Of a DNA stretch of 64,000 nt, positions 49,103 through 59,200 are shown piece after piece. Within the stretch, counting starts at the first letter, position 1, and each line of letters begins with the position of its first letter. The DNA comes from Candidatus Shapirobacteria bacterium (lineage in GTDB: Bacteria; Patescibacteriota; Microgenomatia; UBA12405; BS750m-G30). Under the pieces are notes generated by a model. The model had not been told where the DNA came from. It ran no database searches and worked only from the letters and a program-made list of their open reading frames with translations. The stretch is from contig JBDRHA010000011.1 of the NCBI GenBank assembly GCA_043817235.1, forward strand, positions 107,467-171,466. Reading direction: 5' to 3'. The position numbers were made by a program, and so were the translations under genes.

Positions 49103-50617
49103 ATGAAGAGGATAAAAGCAGCTGCCGAAGATTTATTTACGGATAAGATATATTTAGTTTTAATTTTTCTTCTTTTCTTTCTTTGGCTGCCTAGTTTTTT
49201 TGAACCAATATCTTATGGAGATGAGTGCATTTACTTGACATTAGGTCAAGCTTTTCGCCGAGGATTGGTATTTTATCGAGATATTCATGATAATAAACCT
49301 CCTATTTTATACTTAATAGCCGCTCTAAGCTTTGGCAAGCTTATCTATCTTCGGTTTTATAATTTCCTCTGGAATTTTATTCATCTGACCATTATTTACC
49401 TTTTAGCCAAAAGTTTAACTAAAAACAAACTAGTTATTTTACTGAGCTTGGTTGGATTTTTGCTTCTTTTTATTCTTTTTGAAGGCAGGGTCGCCAATGG
49501 TGAAACATTTATGATGATGCCTGTTACTTTAGCTGCTTACCTGCTTTTAAAAAAGAGGATTTTTGTAAACAAATATATTTTCGGCTTAATTGTCGGATTT
49601 CTTTTTTCTTTTGGATTTTTAGTCAAAATACCAGTGATTTTTGATTTCTTTGGAATCACTCTTGCTTATTTTTTCTTCCCGATAAAAAAGTTAAATACAA
49701 AAAATATTTTAAATATTCTTAAGAATAAAATCTTGTTGGGAGCCTTGGCAGGCTTTAGCTTGCCCATCTTGCTGAGCATCATTTATTATGGGAGCAAAGG
49801 TGCCTTTACGCCTTATGTTCGCTCAGCTCTTTTTCAAAATATTGGCTATCTTTCCTCTTGGCAGGGAAGCAGCTTAGGACTATTTTTCCGCTTTTTTCTC
49901 CTTATTTTCTTTTGCCTTGTTGTTTTCCTAAAAAGAAAAGAGATTCCCGCAAAAATGATGTTAATCTCAGTCTGGTTCTTGTTTTCCCTTTTTGGTGCGC
50001 TTCTCTCTGCTCGCCCCTATCCTCATTATTTAATTGAAGTTGTTCCCAGTTTAACACTACTATTGGTGGCAGGGCTTGGAAAAAAAAGCAATAACTATTT
50101 AGTTATTGCTCCTTTAGTCGCTATTATTCTCACTATCATTTCTTTTGGCTATTATCATTTCTGGTATTATCCCCAATCAAAATACTACAAAAATTTTTTT
50201 AATTTAGTTAGCAAAAAAATAAGCTCTGAAGAATATCTCTCTTTTTGGGGACAAAGAGTAAAAGATAATTATAGTCTGGCCCAATTTGTTCAAGAAACAG
50301 TCTTGCCACAGGAAAGAATATTTGTCTGGGGCGATGCGGCTTGCGTTTACGCCACCAGCAAACGCCTCCCTCCCGGCCGATTTACAGTAAACTACCATAT
50401 TTTTGACTTCAATGGCTACAAAGAGACACTGGAAGCAATCCAAAAAGAAAATCCAAAAATCATTATCAAGATGGAAAATGAAAGCCGCCAATGGCCGGAG
50501 CTTGATTTTCTCCTCCAAAGCAAATATGTTCCTCTCAAGCTTCCGGAAATAAAACTCCCGGAGATAAAAGACCAAATTTTTCTTCTTCAAGAGGAGCAGG
50601 CCGCTGTAAAATGGTAG
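49103..50617 (+). CDS. GT-C (GT39-like) glycosyltransferase
   Basis: YGDECIY, DNKPP, ANGE, RPYPHY. Confidence 0.8.
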   Translation: MKRIKAAAEDLFTDKIYLVLIFLLFFLWLPSFFEPISYGDECIYLTLGQAFRRGLVFYRDIHDNKPPILYLIAALSFGKLIYLRFYNFLWNFIHLTIIYLLAKSLTKNKLVILLSLVGFLLLFILFEGRVANGETFMMMPVTLAAYLLLKKRIFVNKYIFGLIVGFLFSFGFLVKIPVIFDFFGITLAYFFFPIKKLNTKNILNILKNKILLGALAGFSLPILLSIIYYGSKGAFTPYVRSALFQNIGYLSSWQGSSLGLFFRFFLLIFFCLVVFLKRKEIPAKMMLISVWFLFSLFGALLSARPYPHYLIEVVPSLTLLLVAGLGKKSNNYLVIAPLVAIILTIISFGYYHFWYYPQSKYYKNFFNLVSKKISSEEYLSFWGQRVKDNYSLAQFVQETVLPQERIFVWGDAACVYATSKRLPPGRFTVNYHIFDFNGYKETLEAIQKENPKIIIKMENESRQWPELDFLLQSKYVPLKLPEIKLPEIKDQIFLLQEEQAAVKW

Positions 50618-50630
50618 AATAAATCGTTCC

Positions 50631-52127
50631 ATGAGAATTATCGGGCCGCGCGCTTATCGTTTTTTGGAAATGATTCCAGGTTTGCTTTCCTGGAGCATTA
50701 TTTTATTCCCCATTTGGGGATCTTTTATTGTTCCTCGAGCTGTTGCCTATTTTACTATTGCCTTTATCGTTTATTGGTTTTACCAGTCTTTAAAAACAGC
50801 CATTTTGGGTTTTAAGGGCTACCACATTATTCAAAAAGCCACCAAAACAGACTGGCAAAAAAAATATAAGAAAGAGAAAAAAGACGGCTGGCTTGAATGG
50901 GATAAAATAAAGCATATTATCATTATTCCTAATTACAACGAAACTGCGGAGAAAATCAGCGACAGCTTGCAAGCACTGGCCAAACAAAAGAAAATTGATA
51001 AAAAAAAGCTGATTGTTGTTTTGGCCATGGAAGAAAGATTCGCTGGTGCCCAAAAAAAGGCCAGGGTTCTTCTTTCTCAATATAAAGGGAAATTCGGAGA
51101 ACTACTGGCTACCTATCACCCAGCCAGCATTGAAGGTGAGGTTATTGGCAAGGCTTCTAATGAATCTTGGGCAGCAAAACAAGTAAAAAAAGAGCTCATT
51201 GAAAAAAGAAACTGGGATATTAAATATCTGACTGTTACCAGCTGCGATTCTGATGCTCGTTTCAATCCTCTTTATTTTGCCTCTTTAACTTATCATTTTG
51301 CCAAAAATCCCCAGCGCCACTTAAGATTTTGGCAAGCCCCAATATTCTGGCACAACAATCCAAACAAAGTGCCTGCACCAATAAGGATTGTGGGCATTTT
51401 GGGCAATGTTTCTCATATCGCTGATATCCAACAGCCGGATGGAATATTTTTTAACTATTCAGCCTACTCTCTTTCTTTGGCCCTTTTAGATGACATAGGC
51501 TACTGGGACACTGATATCATTCCTGAAGATTGGCATATTTTCCTGCAAGCCTTTTTTGCTAAACAGGGCCAGGTAACCGTGGAGCCAATGTTTATACCAA
51601 CCAGCATTGATGCTCCGGAAGGAAAAACTTTTTTTGAAGCCTTAAAAAATCGCTACTTGCAATGCCAGCGCCATGCTTGGGGAGCAACAGATATTCCCTA
51701 TGCCATTGCTCAATCGTTTGCCCATCCGGAAATTCCTTTTGCCTTAAGATTTTTCAGAGTTTATAAAATTATTAAAACTCACCTGGTCTGGTCAACCAAC
51801 TGGTTCATTCTTACCCTTGGGGCATCCCTGCCTGCCTTTCTTAACCCCAAGTTTTTTCAAACATCGCTGGGCTATAATCTTCCCCGCTTTTCCCAAACTG
51901 TATTGACCATTTGCTTGCTCTTTTTATTCATCGTTATTAGCTTAGATATGAGACTGCGGCCAAAAGAGGTTAAAATAAGAGGAATTAAGGGCTGGGCCAT
52001 TCATTGGGGCCAATGGATTCTTATGCCTTTGGCTACTTTATTTATGGCCGTAATACCAGGATTACACGCCCAAACTAAATTAATGCGCGGCAAAAGACTA
52101 GAATATTTTGTTACTAAAAAATATTAG
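50631..52127 (+). CDS. Membrane GT2 glycosyltransferase
   Basis: IPNYNE, GKASN, DSD, IPEDW, QCQRHAWG (QxxRW-like). Confidence 0.88.
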   Translation: MRIIGPRAYRFLEMIPGLLSWSIILFPIWGSFIVPRAVAYFTIAFIVYWFYQSLKTAILGFKGYHIIQKATKTDWQKKYKKEKKDGWLEWDKIKHIIIIPNYNETAEKISDSLQALAKQKKIDKKKLIVVLAMEERFAGAQKKARVLLSQYKGKFGELLATYHPASIEGEVIGKASNESWAAKQVKKELIEKRNWDIKYLTVTSCDSDARFNPLYFASLTYHFAKNPQRHLRFWQAPIFWHNNPNKVPAPIRIVGILGNVSHIADIQQPDGIFFNYSAYSLSLALLDDIGYWDTDIIPEDWHIFLQAFFAKQGQVTVEPMFIPTSIDAPEGKTFFEALKNRYLQCQRHAWGATDIPYAIAQSFAHPEIPFALRFFRVYKIIKTHLVWSTNWFILTLGASLPAFLNPKFFQTSLGYNLPRFSQTVLTICLLFLFIVISLDMRLRPKEVKIRGIKGWAIHWGQWILMPLATLFMAVIPGLHAQTKLMRGKRLEYFVTKKY

Positions 52128-52508
52128 ATGACTGAACCAAGATCATTAACTAAAATTATCATTGGCTTTGGTAAAATCTGGCTAAAGCCAAAAAGAAGCA
52201 AAGGAATTCGTATAATTCTTATTTTAATCGCCCTGCAAATACTAACTATCGTTTATTTTTTTACTAAGCTCCCCCCCCAAATACCTCTTTATTTTTCCCT
52301 TCCCTGGGGAGAATCTCAGCTTACTTCTTCCTTTTCACTTTTGCTCCTTCCGCTTTTTTCTTTAATCGTCCTGTTTTTCAATCTTTTTCTGGCTAGCTCT
52401 TTAATAGAAAACAGCGACTTTCTCGCTGATTTTTTAATCATTGGAAGCCTTATTTTCTCTCTTTTCTCCTTAATGGCTATTTTAGAGTCCATTAATCTCG
52501 CCTTATGA
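52128..52508 (+). CDS. Small membrane protein (DUF1648-like)
   Basis: LPPQIPLYFSLPWG; 3 TMs. Confidence 0.65.
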   Translation: MTEPRSLTKIIIGFGKIWLKPKRSKGIRIILILIALQILTIVYFFTKLPPQIPLYFSLPWGESQLTSSFSLLLLPLFSLIVLFFNLFLASSLIENSDFLADFLIIGSLIFSLFSLMAILESINLAL

Positions 52509-53551
52509 CCAATCTGCTTACCCAGCCGCTAATCTTATCTTTTCTTATTTCTCTTTTGGCCACTCCTCTAGTAATTAAAATATTCAAAAAAAATAATTGG
52601 CTGGATGATCCGAAAAAAAATAAACATCCTAAGGTAATCCATCAAAAACCATTGCCAAGAGGCGGAGGAATAAGCGTTTTTCTGGCTGTTTTGCTTACAG
52701 CTACTTTTTTTCTTCCTTTAGACAAACATCTTGCAGCTATTTTGCTGGCGGCCCTTTTAACTACCATCGTCGGAGTAATTGACGATCTTAAAGACCTTAG
52801 CCCTTACTGGCGCTTCCTTACTAATTTATTAGCCGCTCTAATAATAATTTTAGGCGGAATCGGAATTAGTTATATTACCAACCCCTTTGATACTGTTTTT
52901 CACCTAGACCAGTTTTACATAGGATCAGTGCCCATACTAAAAATCGGCCTTACTCTTTTTTGGCTAGTCTGGTGCATGAATATTGTCGGCTGGTCCGGCG
53001 GGGTAGATGGCCAACTGCCCGGTTTTGTAAGCATTAGCGCAGTTATTATTGGCTTGCTTTCCCTAAGATTTTCTCAAGATATTACTCAATGGCCCGTGAT
53101 CGCTCTTTCTGGAACTGTAGCCGGAAGTTATTTAGGCTTGCTTGTTTTTAACGCTTATCCCCAGAAAATTATCCCGGGATATTCGGGAAAGAGCTTAGCT
53201 GGGCTAATGCTGGGAACTTTAGCTATTCTGTCAGGCGCTAAACTTAATACGGCCATTCTTGTTCTGGCCCTTCCGATGATTGACGGCGGATTTATTATTA
53301 TCCGCCGAATCTTAAAGAAAAAATCCCCGGTTTGGGGGGATGCTCAGCATCTTCACCATCTGCTCCTAAAAATCGGCGTTCCCAAGCCAAGAATTGCTCT
53401 TTTCTACTGGATCTTCTCCCTAATTTTAGGATTAATAGTTCTGAATCTTAATAGCAAACAAAAGCTCTATTTTTTAGCCATGGCTATTATTGCTATTGGC
53501 GCAGGAGTTCTGGTATTAGAAGGATTAATCAAGAAAAAAAGGCTAGGGTAA
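52505..53551 (+). CDS. MraY/WecA-family polyprenyl-phosphate hexose-1-phosphate transferase
   Basis: PRGGG, GVIDD, GGVDG, D..HLHH. Confidence 0.88.
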   Translation: MTNLLTQPLILSFLISLLATPLVIKIFKKNNWLDDPKKNKHPKVIHQKPLPRGGGISVFLAVLLTATFFLPLDKHLAAILLAALLTTIVGVIDDLKDLSPYWRFLTNLLAALIIILGGIGISYITNPFDTVFHLDQFYIGSVPILKIGLTLFWLVWCMNIVGWSGGVDGQLPGFVSISAVIIGLLSLRFSQDITQWPVIALSGTVAGSYLGLLVFNAYPQKIIPGYSGKSLAGLMLGTLAILSGAKLNTAILVLALPMIDGGFIIIRRILKKKSPVWGDAQHLHHLLLKIGVPKPRIALFYWIFSLILGLIVLNLNSKQKLYFLAMAIIAIGAGVLVLEGLIKKKRLG

Positions 53552-54361
53552 TTCTGTTTTCGTTGCATACTGACCAGAAATCCAACCCTCTTCTCCTTGC
53601 TCATATTCAATTTTGTACCAGCCATTGTCTTCGTCCAAAATTTCATATTCATCATCAGGGTCAACTCTCCCCACTTCTTTTCCGACAGTAGAAGCTTTAT
53701 CTCTAACTCTTAGCCAGCCGGTGGGCGTTTCATTAATAACAATTTTAGGAACGACAATCATTTCCTCTTCTTGCTCTTGCTGGATTTCGGAAACCTCTCC
53801 GCTTGCAGCTAGCTTTGCTTCTACAACCAATCGGTAATCAGATAGGGTTTTGACTATTATTTCTTCACTTTTATAGTCCGGATGAGTTAAGAGCAATTTA
53901 TGCTCACCGCTACCAATATCATCTAAATTAAGCGGGGCAAAACCCCGCATCTGTCCGTCAACGGAAACAGCCACACCATTGGGAATAGAAGTCAATACCA
54001 AGCCTGCCTTTTTTTTATCGCCGGTTCTTTCCCAATAAAGTATTTGGCTAAATTCATCATCAGAGAAAACAGCAAATTGTTTGCGAATCACCACGCGGGT
54101 ATTGGGGGTAATAGTTAACCTTCTTTCCCAAGCAATAGCCCCATCAACACCCTGGGGCTCCAAGCGCAGATCCAAGTCACCGGAAACAACCGCATCATCT
54201 TTGTAGGGCGCTTCTCCAACTAAATCTCCATTTATAAATACTTTTGCCCCAGGTATGGCATTAATTTCTATTGCTCCAGTTTTCTTGGAACCAAAGCGAA
54301 TAACTAAAAATACACCTAGGGAAATTAACAGCGCCGGAAGAACAATTCGTAATATTTTCAT
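53543..54361 (-). CDS. PEGA-domain and SH3-domain protein
   Basis: SIPNGVAVSVDG (PEGA), TPTGWLRVR..GWYKI..GWISG (SH3). Confidence 0.8.
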   Translation of the reverse strand: MKILRIVLPALLISLGVFLVIRFGSKKTGAIEINAIPGAKVFINGDLVGEAPYKDDAVVSGDLDLRLEPQGVDGAIAWERRLTITPNTRVVIRKQFAVFSDDEFSQILYWERTGDKKKAGLVLTSIPNGVAVSVDGQMRGFAPLNLDDIGSGEHKLLLTHPDYKSEEIIVKTLSDYRLVVEAKLAASGEVSEIQQEQEEEMIVVPKIVINETPTGWLRVRDKASTVGKEVGRVDPDDEYEILDEDNGWYKIEYEQGEEGWISGQYATKTELP

Positions 54362-54440
54362 TTTTAAAGTTTAGCAAACAGCTTTAGGCTTGGCAAGACC
54401 AAGCTGTTTTTGATAAAATTAAGAAGTCTTAGATTTTCGC

Positions 54441-54514
54441 GGGCCGTTAGCTCAGTTGGCTAGAGCACTGTCCTGATAAGACAGGGGTCTCAGGTTCGAG
54501 TCCTGAACGGCCCA
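54441..54514 (+). tRNA. tRNA-Ile(GAT)
   Basis: GGGCCGT/ACGGCCC acceptor, CTGTC-ct-GAT-aa-GACAG anticodon arm, GGTTCGAGTCC T-arm; CCA not encoded. Confidence 0.97.
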
Positions 54515-54630
54515 CAATTCTAGATATAGTTTCTGGAGCGGGTTCCCTCCTGGCCGCGCCCGCACACGCAAGCGATTTTCATTTAATACAAGATTAAGTT
54601 TCTCCTTTAAGTAAGTGATTTTGGTAGAAT
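54512..54630 (+). repeat. Junction 0: tRNA end, core and cassette left arm with promoter
   Basis: CCAC(54512)-36 nt-GGCCGC(54552)...TTAATACAAGATTAAGTTTC...TGGTAGAAT. Confidence 0.85.
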
Positions 54631-54636
54631 TAATCA

Positions 54637-55791
54637 ATGAAAATCCGTAGCTTTACTAAACTATTTTACATTTTTCAATTTTTCACTGATTTTGTTTTCA
54701 TATACGCTGTTGAAAAGTTATTTATGCTAAATAGAGGCCTTAATCTTTCTCAAATCGGTATCTTGCTTTTTCTCTGGTCAGCTATGACTTTATTACTAGA
54801 AGTGCCTAGCGGCGCAATTGCTGATCGTTGGAGCCGAAGAAAAATGCTAATTTTGTCAGGCATCTCTTACTCCCTATGTTACTTTCTTTGGATTTTTAGC
54901 CACTCTTTTTGGCTCTTTTTATTTGGCTTTTTGCTAAGAACCATTGGCAGTACTTTTTCTTCCGGAACCCTTCAGGCTTATGTTTATGATTTTTTAAAAA
55001 CAAAAAAAGCAGAAAACCACTTTGAAATAATCTGGGGAAAAGGTAACGCTCTAAGGACTTTGGGCATTGGAATTGCAGTTGCTCTGGGTGGTTTTATTAG
55101 TGAAATTTCTTTTACGATAACCGTCTTTCTTTCTGCCTTGCCAGTGTTAACAACTGCCATTATTGCTTTTATTTGGCCAGAAGTGGAAATAGCTCAATCA
55201 ACCCAAGAAACCAAGTACTGGCAGTTTGTCAAAAACTCATTTAAAACCATTAAAGAGAGCAAGGTACTTCTTAGACTAATGATTTATCTAGCCATTGTCC
55301 TAGCTTGGTTAGCTAGTTTAGAAGAATTTAATGATATTTATTTAAATTCCCTAGGATTTTCAAGATCAATAATTGGTCTTATTTTTGCTCTAGCTGCTGC
55401 AGGTCAAGCTCTAGCCAGCAGCCTAGCTCATAAGTTTAAAAAACACTCTTGGCTAATAATTAATTTGTCAGTAATAATCACTGCCCTGATTATGTTCACA
55501 GCCGCAATTATCAAACACCCAATAATGGCAATAGGAATTTTGTTTCTAGGAGTAATGATGGAATTTGTTTCCGTTATTAAAGAAAGTATTGTCCAAAAAG
55601 AAACCAAATCTTACCAGCGGGCCACTGTTTCTTCAATGAGTGGTTTAATCATGAATCTTATTCCCCACCAACTTGCTTTTGGCTTTATTGCTAATTACTA
55701 TAGCTTTCAAGTCGGCTATGGTTTTTTTGGAATATTCGTCTTGTTATACTTTTTAATTACTCTTTTTGTCCCCAATAATAAAAACCGCTAA
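54637..55791 (+). CDS. MFS transporter (cassette 1)
   Basis: LEVPSGAIADRWSRR, SGTLQAYVYD; ~12 TMs. Confidence 0.9.
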   Translation: MKIRSFTKLFYIFQFFTDFVFIYAVEKLFMLNRGLNLSQIGILLFLWSAMTLLLEVPSGAIADRWSRRKMLILSGISYSLCYFLWIFSHSFWLFLFGFLLRTIGSTFSSGTLQAYVYDFLKTKKAENHFEIIWGKGNALRTLGIGIAVALGGFISEISFTITVFLSALPVLTTAIIAFIWPEVEIAQSTQETKYWQFVKNSFKTIKESKVLLRLMIYLAIVLAWLASLEEFNDIYLNSLGFSRSIIGLIFALAAAGQALASSLAHKFKKHSWLIINLSVIITALIMFTAAIIKHPIMAIGILFLGVMMEFVSVIKESIVQKETKSYQRATVSSMSGLIMNLIPHQLAFGFIANYYSFQVGYGFFGIFVLLYFLITLFVPNNKNR

Positions 55792-56360
55792 TGAATAGCC
55801 TAATTTCAAGAAAACTAAAAATAATCATAATTGATGCCCCTAGCTTAACAAAAAAACAGATAAAAGATAAAAAAGGGCTGCAAGCGCTTTGTTTTGGCAG
55901 CCTTGACCCTCAAGAAATAGAAGAAGATTTTTGCCATCCAGAAACTGCCCATGTTTTAGCTTACCTTAATAAACAACTGTCAGGTTGGGCAGGAATTCAC
56001 CTTGAAAACACAATTTACAACAACAAGAAAATTAAACTAGGCGGCTTTGGTATTTGCACCCATCCAAAACATCGGCAAAAAGGAATCGCCAGCAAAGTAT
56101 CTCAAAAAGCAATGGGGTATTTAAAACAACAAAAGTGTGATTTGGCATTTTTATCGATTGATCCTTCCAAAAAAGGTCCAAAAGAACTTCACCAAAAAAC
56201 CGGATTTGTTAGTCTGCCCAATAATTTTTCTTGGATAAGTAGATCAGGAAAAAGAAAACTAGGAAAGGAAGGAATGATTGCTCCCCTTTCTTCTCCAAAA
56301 ATATTTAAGCAAATACTCAATGGAAAAGAAATTCTCCATATAGCCAAAGGATATTGGTAG
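55791..56360 (+). CDS. GNAT N-acetyltransferase (cassette 1)
   Basis: ICTHPKHRQKGIA acetyl-CoA motif. Confidence 0.85.
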   Translation: MNSLISRKLKIIIIDAPSLTKKQIKDKKGLQALCFGSLDPQEIEEDFCHPETAHVLAYLNKQLSGWAGIHLENTIYNNKKIKLGGFGICTHPKHRQKGIASKVSQKAMGYLKQQKCDLAFLSIDPSKKGPKELHQKTGFVSLPNNFSWISRSGKRKLGKEGMIAPLSSPKIFKQILNGKEILHIAKGYW

Positions 56361-56363
56361 TTA

Positions 56364-56583
56364 ACCCTACTCGCCCAAGGGGCGAGAAAATCGCGCGCCC
56401 TAAAAAAGCGAGGGCCAAGGGCCCGAGCTTAACCGTTGTTCGGGGAGGTTCGGATTTGTTGGTAAAGATCCACCACTGAAGAAATCACAAGGGGATCAGG
56501 AAAATGCTGGGCCGCGCCACCCTTCGTGACTTTCAATTAATACAAAATTAAGTTTCTTTTCTTCAGGTAAATTCTGGTAAAAT
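56364..56583 (+). repeat. Junction 1 (right arm, CCAC core, 36 nt, left arm)
   Basis: AAAATCGCGCG..AAAAAAGCGAGGGC..GCTTAACCGTTGTTCGGGGAGGTTCGGATTTGTTGGTAAAGATCCACCA; GGCCGC at 56510. Confidence 0.9.
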
Positions 56584-56588
56584 CAAGA

Positions 56589-57161
56589 ATAATTTTAAAT
56601 TACTTAAGAGCTGGCTTTGCTGTCTATTTTCTCGGCTTATTCGCCTTCCTCATAAGCCACAAAGGTGCTTTTGGCGATTTATCCTTCTACTATCTTTCTT
56701 ACTTTATCCAGCTCTTTCTTCTTTTAGAAGTCGCTAGGGTAGTGACTTACAAACTGAAGCTAAAACTAAAATTCAAAGGTGTGTATTTACTTTTACTTTT
56801 CTACACCATTATTAATTCTTTAGTTTTAGCCTTTTTCCCTAATTTAAGAAACTTAATTTTCAATCGCTTCGGCCATCTGCTTTCCGGGATTATTTTTTCA
56901 ATACTTGCCCACAATATTCTTAAAGCCACCAAAACAACAAGGCAACTCTCAAAACCCCTGTTTTATTTCTTTGTTTTCTGCTTTGCCAGCACCGCCGGAG
57001 TTTTTAACGAAATTATTGAGTTAATTCTAGATCTTACTGCCAGGAGCCAAAGACTCGGGCCCACTCCCGATACAGCTACTGATTTACTAATGAATACCCT
57101 TGGAATCAGTGCTTATCTTCTCTTTAAAAAAAACAATGACCAAAAAAGAAAAACTAATTGA
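56589..57161 (+). CDS. Membrane protein, DUF2238/VanZ-like (cassette 2)
   Basis: GHLLSG, GVFNEIIE, DTATDLLMN; frame is open from an ATA at 56589, first canonical start GTG 56742. Confidence 0.65.
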   Translation: MILNYLRAGFAVYFLGLFAFLISHKGAFGDLSFYYLSYFIQLFLLLEVARVVTYKLKLKLKFKGVYLLLLFYTIINSLVLAFFPNLRNLIFNRFGHLLSGIIFSILAHNILKATKTTRQLSKPLFYFFVFCFASTAGVFNEIIELILDLTARSQRLGPTPDTATDLLMNTLGISAYLLFKKNNDQKRKTN

Positions 57162-57789
57162 GCTAGCTAAAGTCCTGCTGGTAATTATAATTCTATCAGT
57201 TGCCTTGCGCTACTTAATCCCTACTTTAACCTCGGAGGAGTTTAAGCTGTTTGTGCAAAAACTAGGACCATTAGGCCCTTTAGTAATCATTATCTACACT
57301 ACCCTTTCTCATGTCTTGGCTCCTTTAGCAGGAACGCCAGGAATTTTACTGAGCGTGGCAGTATTTGGAATATTTAAAACGATGTTTTACATCTACCTTG
57401 GAAGCATGATTAGCGCTGCTCTCAATTTCTATATCAGTCGCAAATTTGGAAGAGGCTGGGTAACCAGATTAGTAGGAAAAAGAACCATGAAGGAAGTTGA
57501 TGATTTTGTTAAAGCTTCAGGAGAAAAAGTTTTAATTTTAAGTCGAATCTTTGGCTTTTCCCTTTTTGAAATTATTTCCTACGCTGCCGGTCTAACTAAT
57601 ATTAATTTCAAAAGATATCTTATGATCACCCTATTATTTACCTTAATTCCCAATCTCTTTTTTACTTACCTCTTTAGAAACATGGACTTTTCCTCAAATC
57701 TAAATCTAGTTATCTGGCTAGCAACTCTCATTATCACTGGACTAATCTTTTCCTTTTTCATTAAAAAAGCAATTAACAAAAAGAAGTAG
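57136..57789 (+). CDS. TVP38/TMEM64 (DedA/SNARE-associated) membrane protein (cassette 2)
   Basis: LGPLGP, APLAG, FYISRKFGR, ISYAAGLT. Confidence 0.85.
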   Translation: MTKKEKLIELAKVLLVIIILSVALRYLIPTLTSEEFKLFVQKLGPLGPLVIIIYTTLSHVLAPLAGTPGILLSVAVFGIFKTMFYIYLGSMISAALNFYISRKFGRGWVTRLVGKRTMKEVDDFVKASGEKVLILSRIFGFSLFEIISYAAGLTNINFKRYLMITLLFTLIPNLFFTYLFRNMDFSSNLNLVIWLATLIITGLIFSFFIKKAINKKK

Positions 57790-57816
57790 GTCTTTTTGTT
57801 TTTAATAAAAACCAAA

Positions 57817-58066
57817 ACTCGCCCAAAGGGCGAGAAAATCGCGCGCTTCTTTCTTAAAAAAAGCGAGGGCCAAAGGGAGTTTAAAACTCTTTTTTCAATA
57901 CAGCTTAACCGTTGTTCGGGGAGGTTCGGATTTGTTGGTAAAGATCCACCATCCACAAAATGGATTTGGGATTTGGCCTGATTTTGGCCGCGCCCCCGCT
58001 CGCAAGCGATCTTCAATTAATACAAGGCTAAGTTTCCTTCCTTGAAAAAGCGATTTTTGATAAAAT
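57817..58066 (+). repeat. Junction 2
   Basis: Same arms as junction 1; CCAC 57946, GGCCGC 57986, TGATAAAAT 58058-58066. Confidence 0.9.
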
Positions 58067-58073
58067 ATCCTTA

Positions 58074-58490
58074 ATATATAAACCCTACTTAATCCCCATT
58101 TCAGTTAAAGGCATTGTTTTTCGAAAAAATAGTGTTTGGCTAAGAAAAAATGAAAGGAATGAGTGGGAATTGCCCGGTGGGAAAATGGACAAAGGAGAAC
58201 AGCCTGAACAAACAATAGTAAGAGAGCTGGAAGAAGAGCTAGGTTTTAAAACTAAAGTAGTAAACATTATTCAGGCTTACCTTTACACTATCAAAACTTC
58301 TACCGACGAAGCGAGAGGAGTTTTAGTTGTTTCATATCTTTGTGAATTATTAGAAAAAACAGGAAATTTTGAAACCGAAGGAGAAGCTGGCCCAGCTCAA
58401 TTTAAAAAGTTCCCCATCAAAAACATTCCTTCTTTAAAAATGCCTCAGTTTTACAAAAAAGCTATTCTTAAAGCTTCAAGGCAAAAATAA
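58074..58490 (+). CDS. NUDIX hydrolase (cassette 3)
   Basis: ISVKGIV..WELPGGKMDKGEQPEQTIVRELEEELG; the N-terminus requires an ATA start at 58074. Confidence 0.8.
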   Translation: MYKPYLIPISVKGIVFRKNSVWLRKNERNEWELPGGKMDKGEQPEQTIVRELEEELGFKTKVVNIIQAYLYTIKTSTDEARGVLVVSYLCELLEKTGNFETEGEAGPAQFKKFPIKNIPSLKMPQFYKKAILKASRQK

Positions 58491-58528
58491 TTATGTCAAA
58501 AAAATTAAGTTTTACGTGATTTACAACA

Positions 58529-59185
58529 TTAAACTACCCTCATTATTGAGCCTTCTTTCCCCTTCTGCTCAACAATAATTAGAGCATGGAAATTTTGATA
58601 GACTTTTACTTTTTTTGGCAATGACTTTTCAAAAAGCTCTTTAAGATTGTCATAACTCAGCTGTTTTGATATTTTTTCTCTACTAACCAATCTTTTGGTA
58701 TATTCATCAATAATAAAAGTCCGCTGGTCAGTAGCGTATAGAAGAATCGTGTCCGCGGTTTCTGGACCAATACCATAAAGACTAAGTAATTTTTCCCGAG
58801 CAGGAACCAAATCCTCCTTAGAAAAATTGTTTAGATCTTTATAATTATCAACAATAAAAGAAGCAAGGCCAAAAAGACGCCTTGGTTTTGTTTGATAAAA
58901 ACCAGCTGGCCTAATTAATTCTATTAATTTGTTAAGTTTTTTCAAAGAAGCAATGCTTTTTAAACTAAGCAGTTTTTCTTTTTTCAAATTCCTTAAGGCT
59001 AAATCAGCATTATGCCAACTAGTTCTTTGAGTTAAAATAGCACCAATAGCAATTAAGTCTCTTAACCTGGGAGTCTTTTTTTTAGCACACCACTGGGGCC
59101 AAAACTTTTCTGGGTCACCATGTCTTTTGTAAAGCTCTATATAAAGCTTATGGATTTTGTTTCTACTTCTCATCTTTTCTAGCAC
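58529..59185 (-). CDS. Endonuclease III-like HhH-GPD protein (cassette 3)
   Basis: GAILTQRTSW, IRPAGFY, LLSLYGIGPETADTILLYA, FHALI. Confidence 0.88.
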   Translation of the reverse strand: MLEKMRSRNKIHKLYIELYKRHGDPEKFWPQWCAKKKTPRLRDLIAIGAILTQRTSWHNADLALRNLKKEKLLSLKSIASLKKLNKLIELIRPAGFYQTKPRRLFGLASFIVDNYKDLNNFSKEDLVPAREKLLSLYGIGPETADTILLYATDQRTFIIDEYTKRLVSREKISKQLSYDNLKELFEKSLPKKVKVYQNFHALIIVEQKGKEGSIMRVV

Positions 59186-59200
59186 TGATGAATATATTTT

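Noticed and set aside
50536-50570. KLPEIKLPEIK short duplication at a GT-C C-terminus
   Set aside because: A 15-bp local duplication with no evident consequence.
54452-54637. 61-aa minus-strand ORF
   Set aside because: Antisense shadow of the tRNA (WAVQDSNLRP) and the cassette arm.
56440-56475. Junction arms as tRNA genes or tRNA 3'-end duplications (GGTTCG...CCACCA)
   Set aside because: No cloverleaf; the GGTTCG-to-end spacing is 4 nt longer than in the tRNA and the intervening sequence does not match tRNA-Ile.
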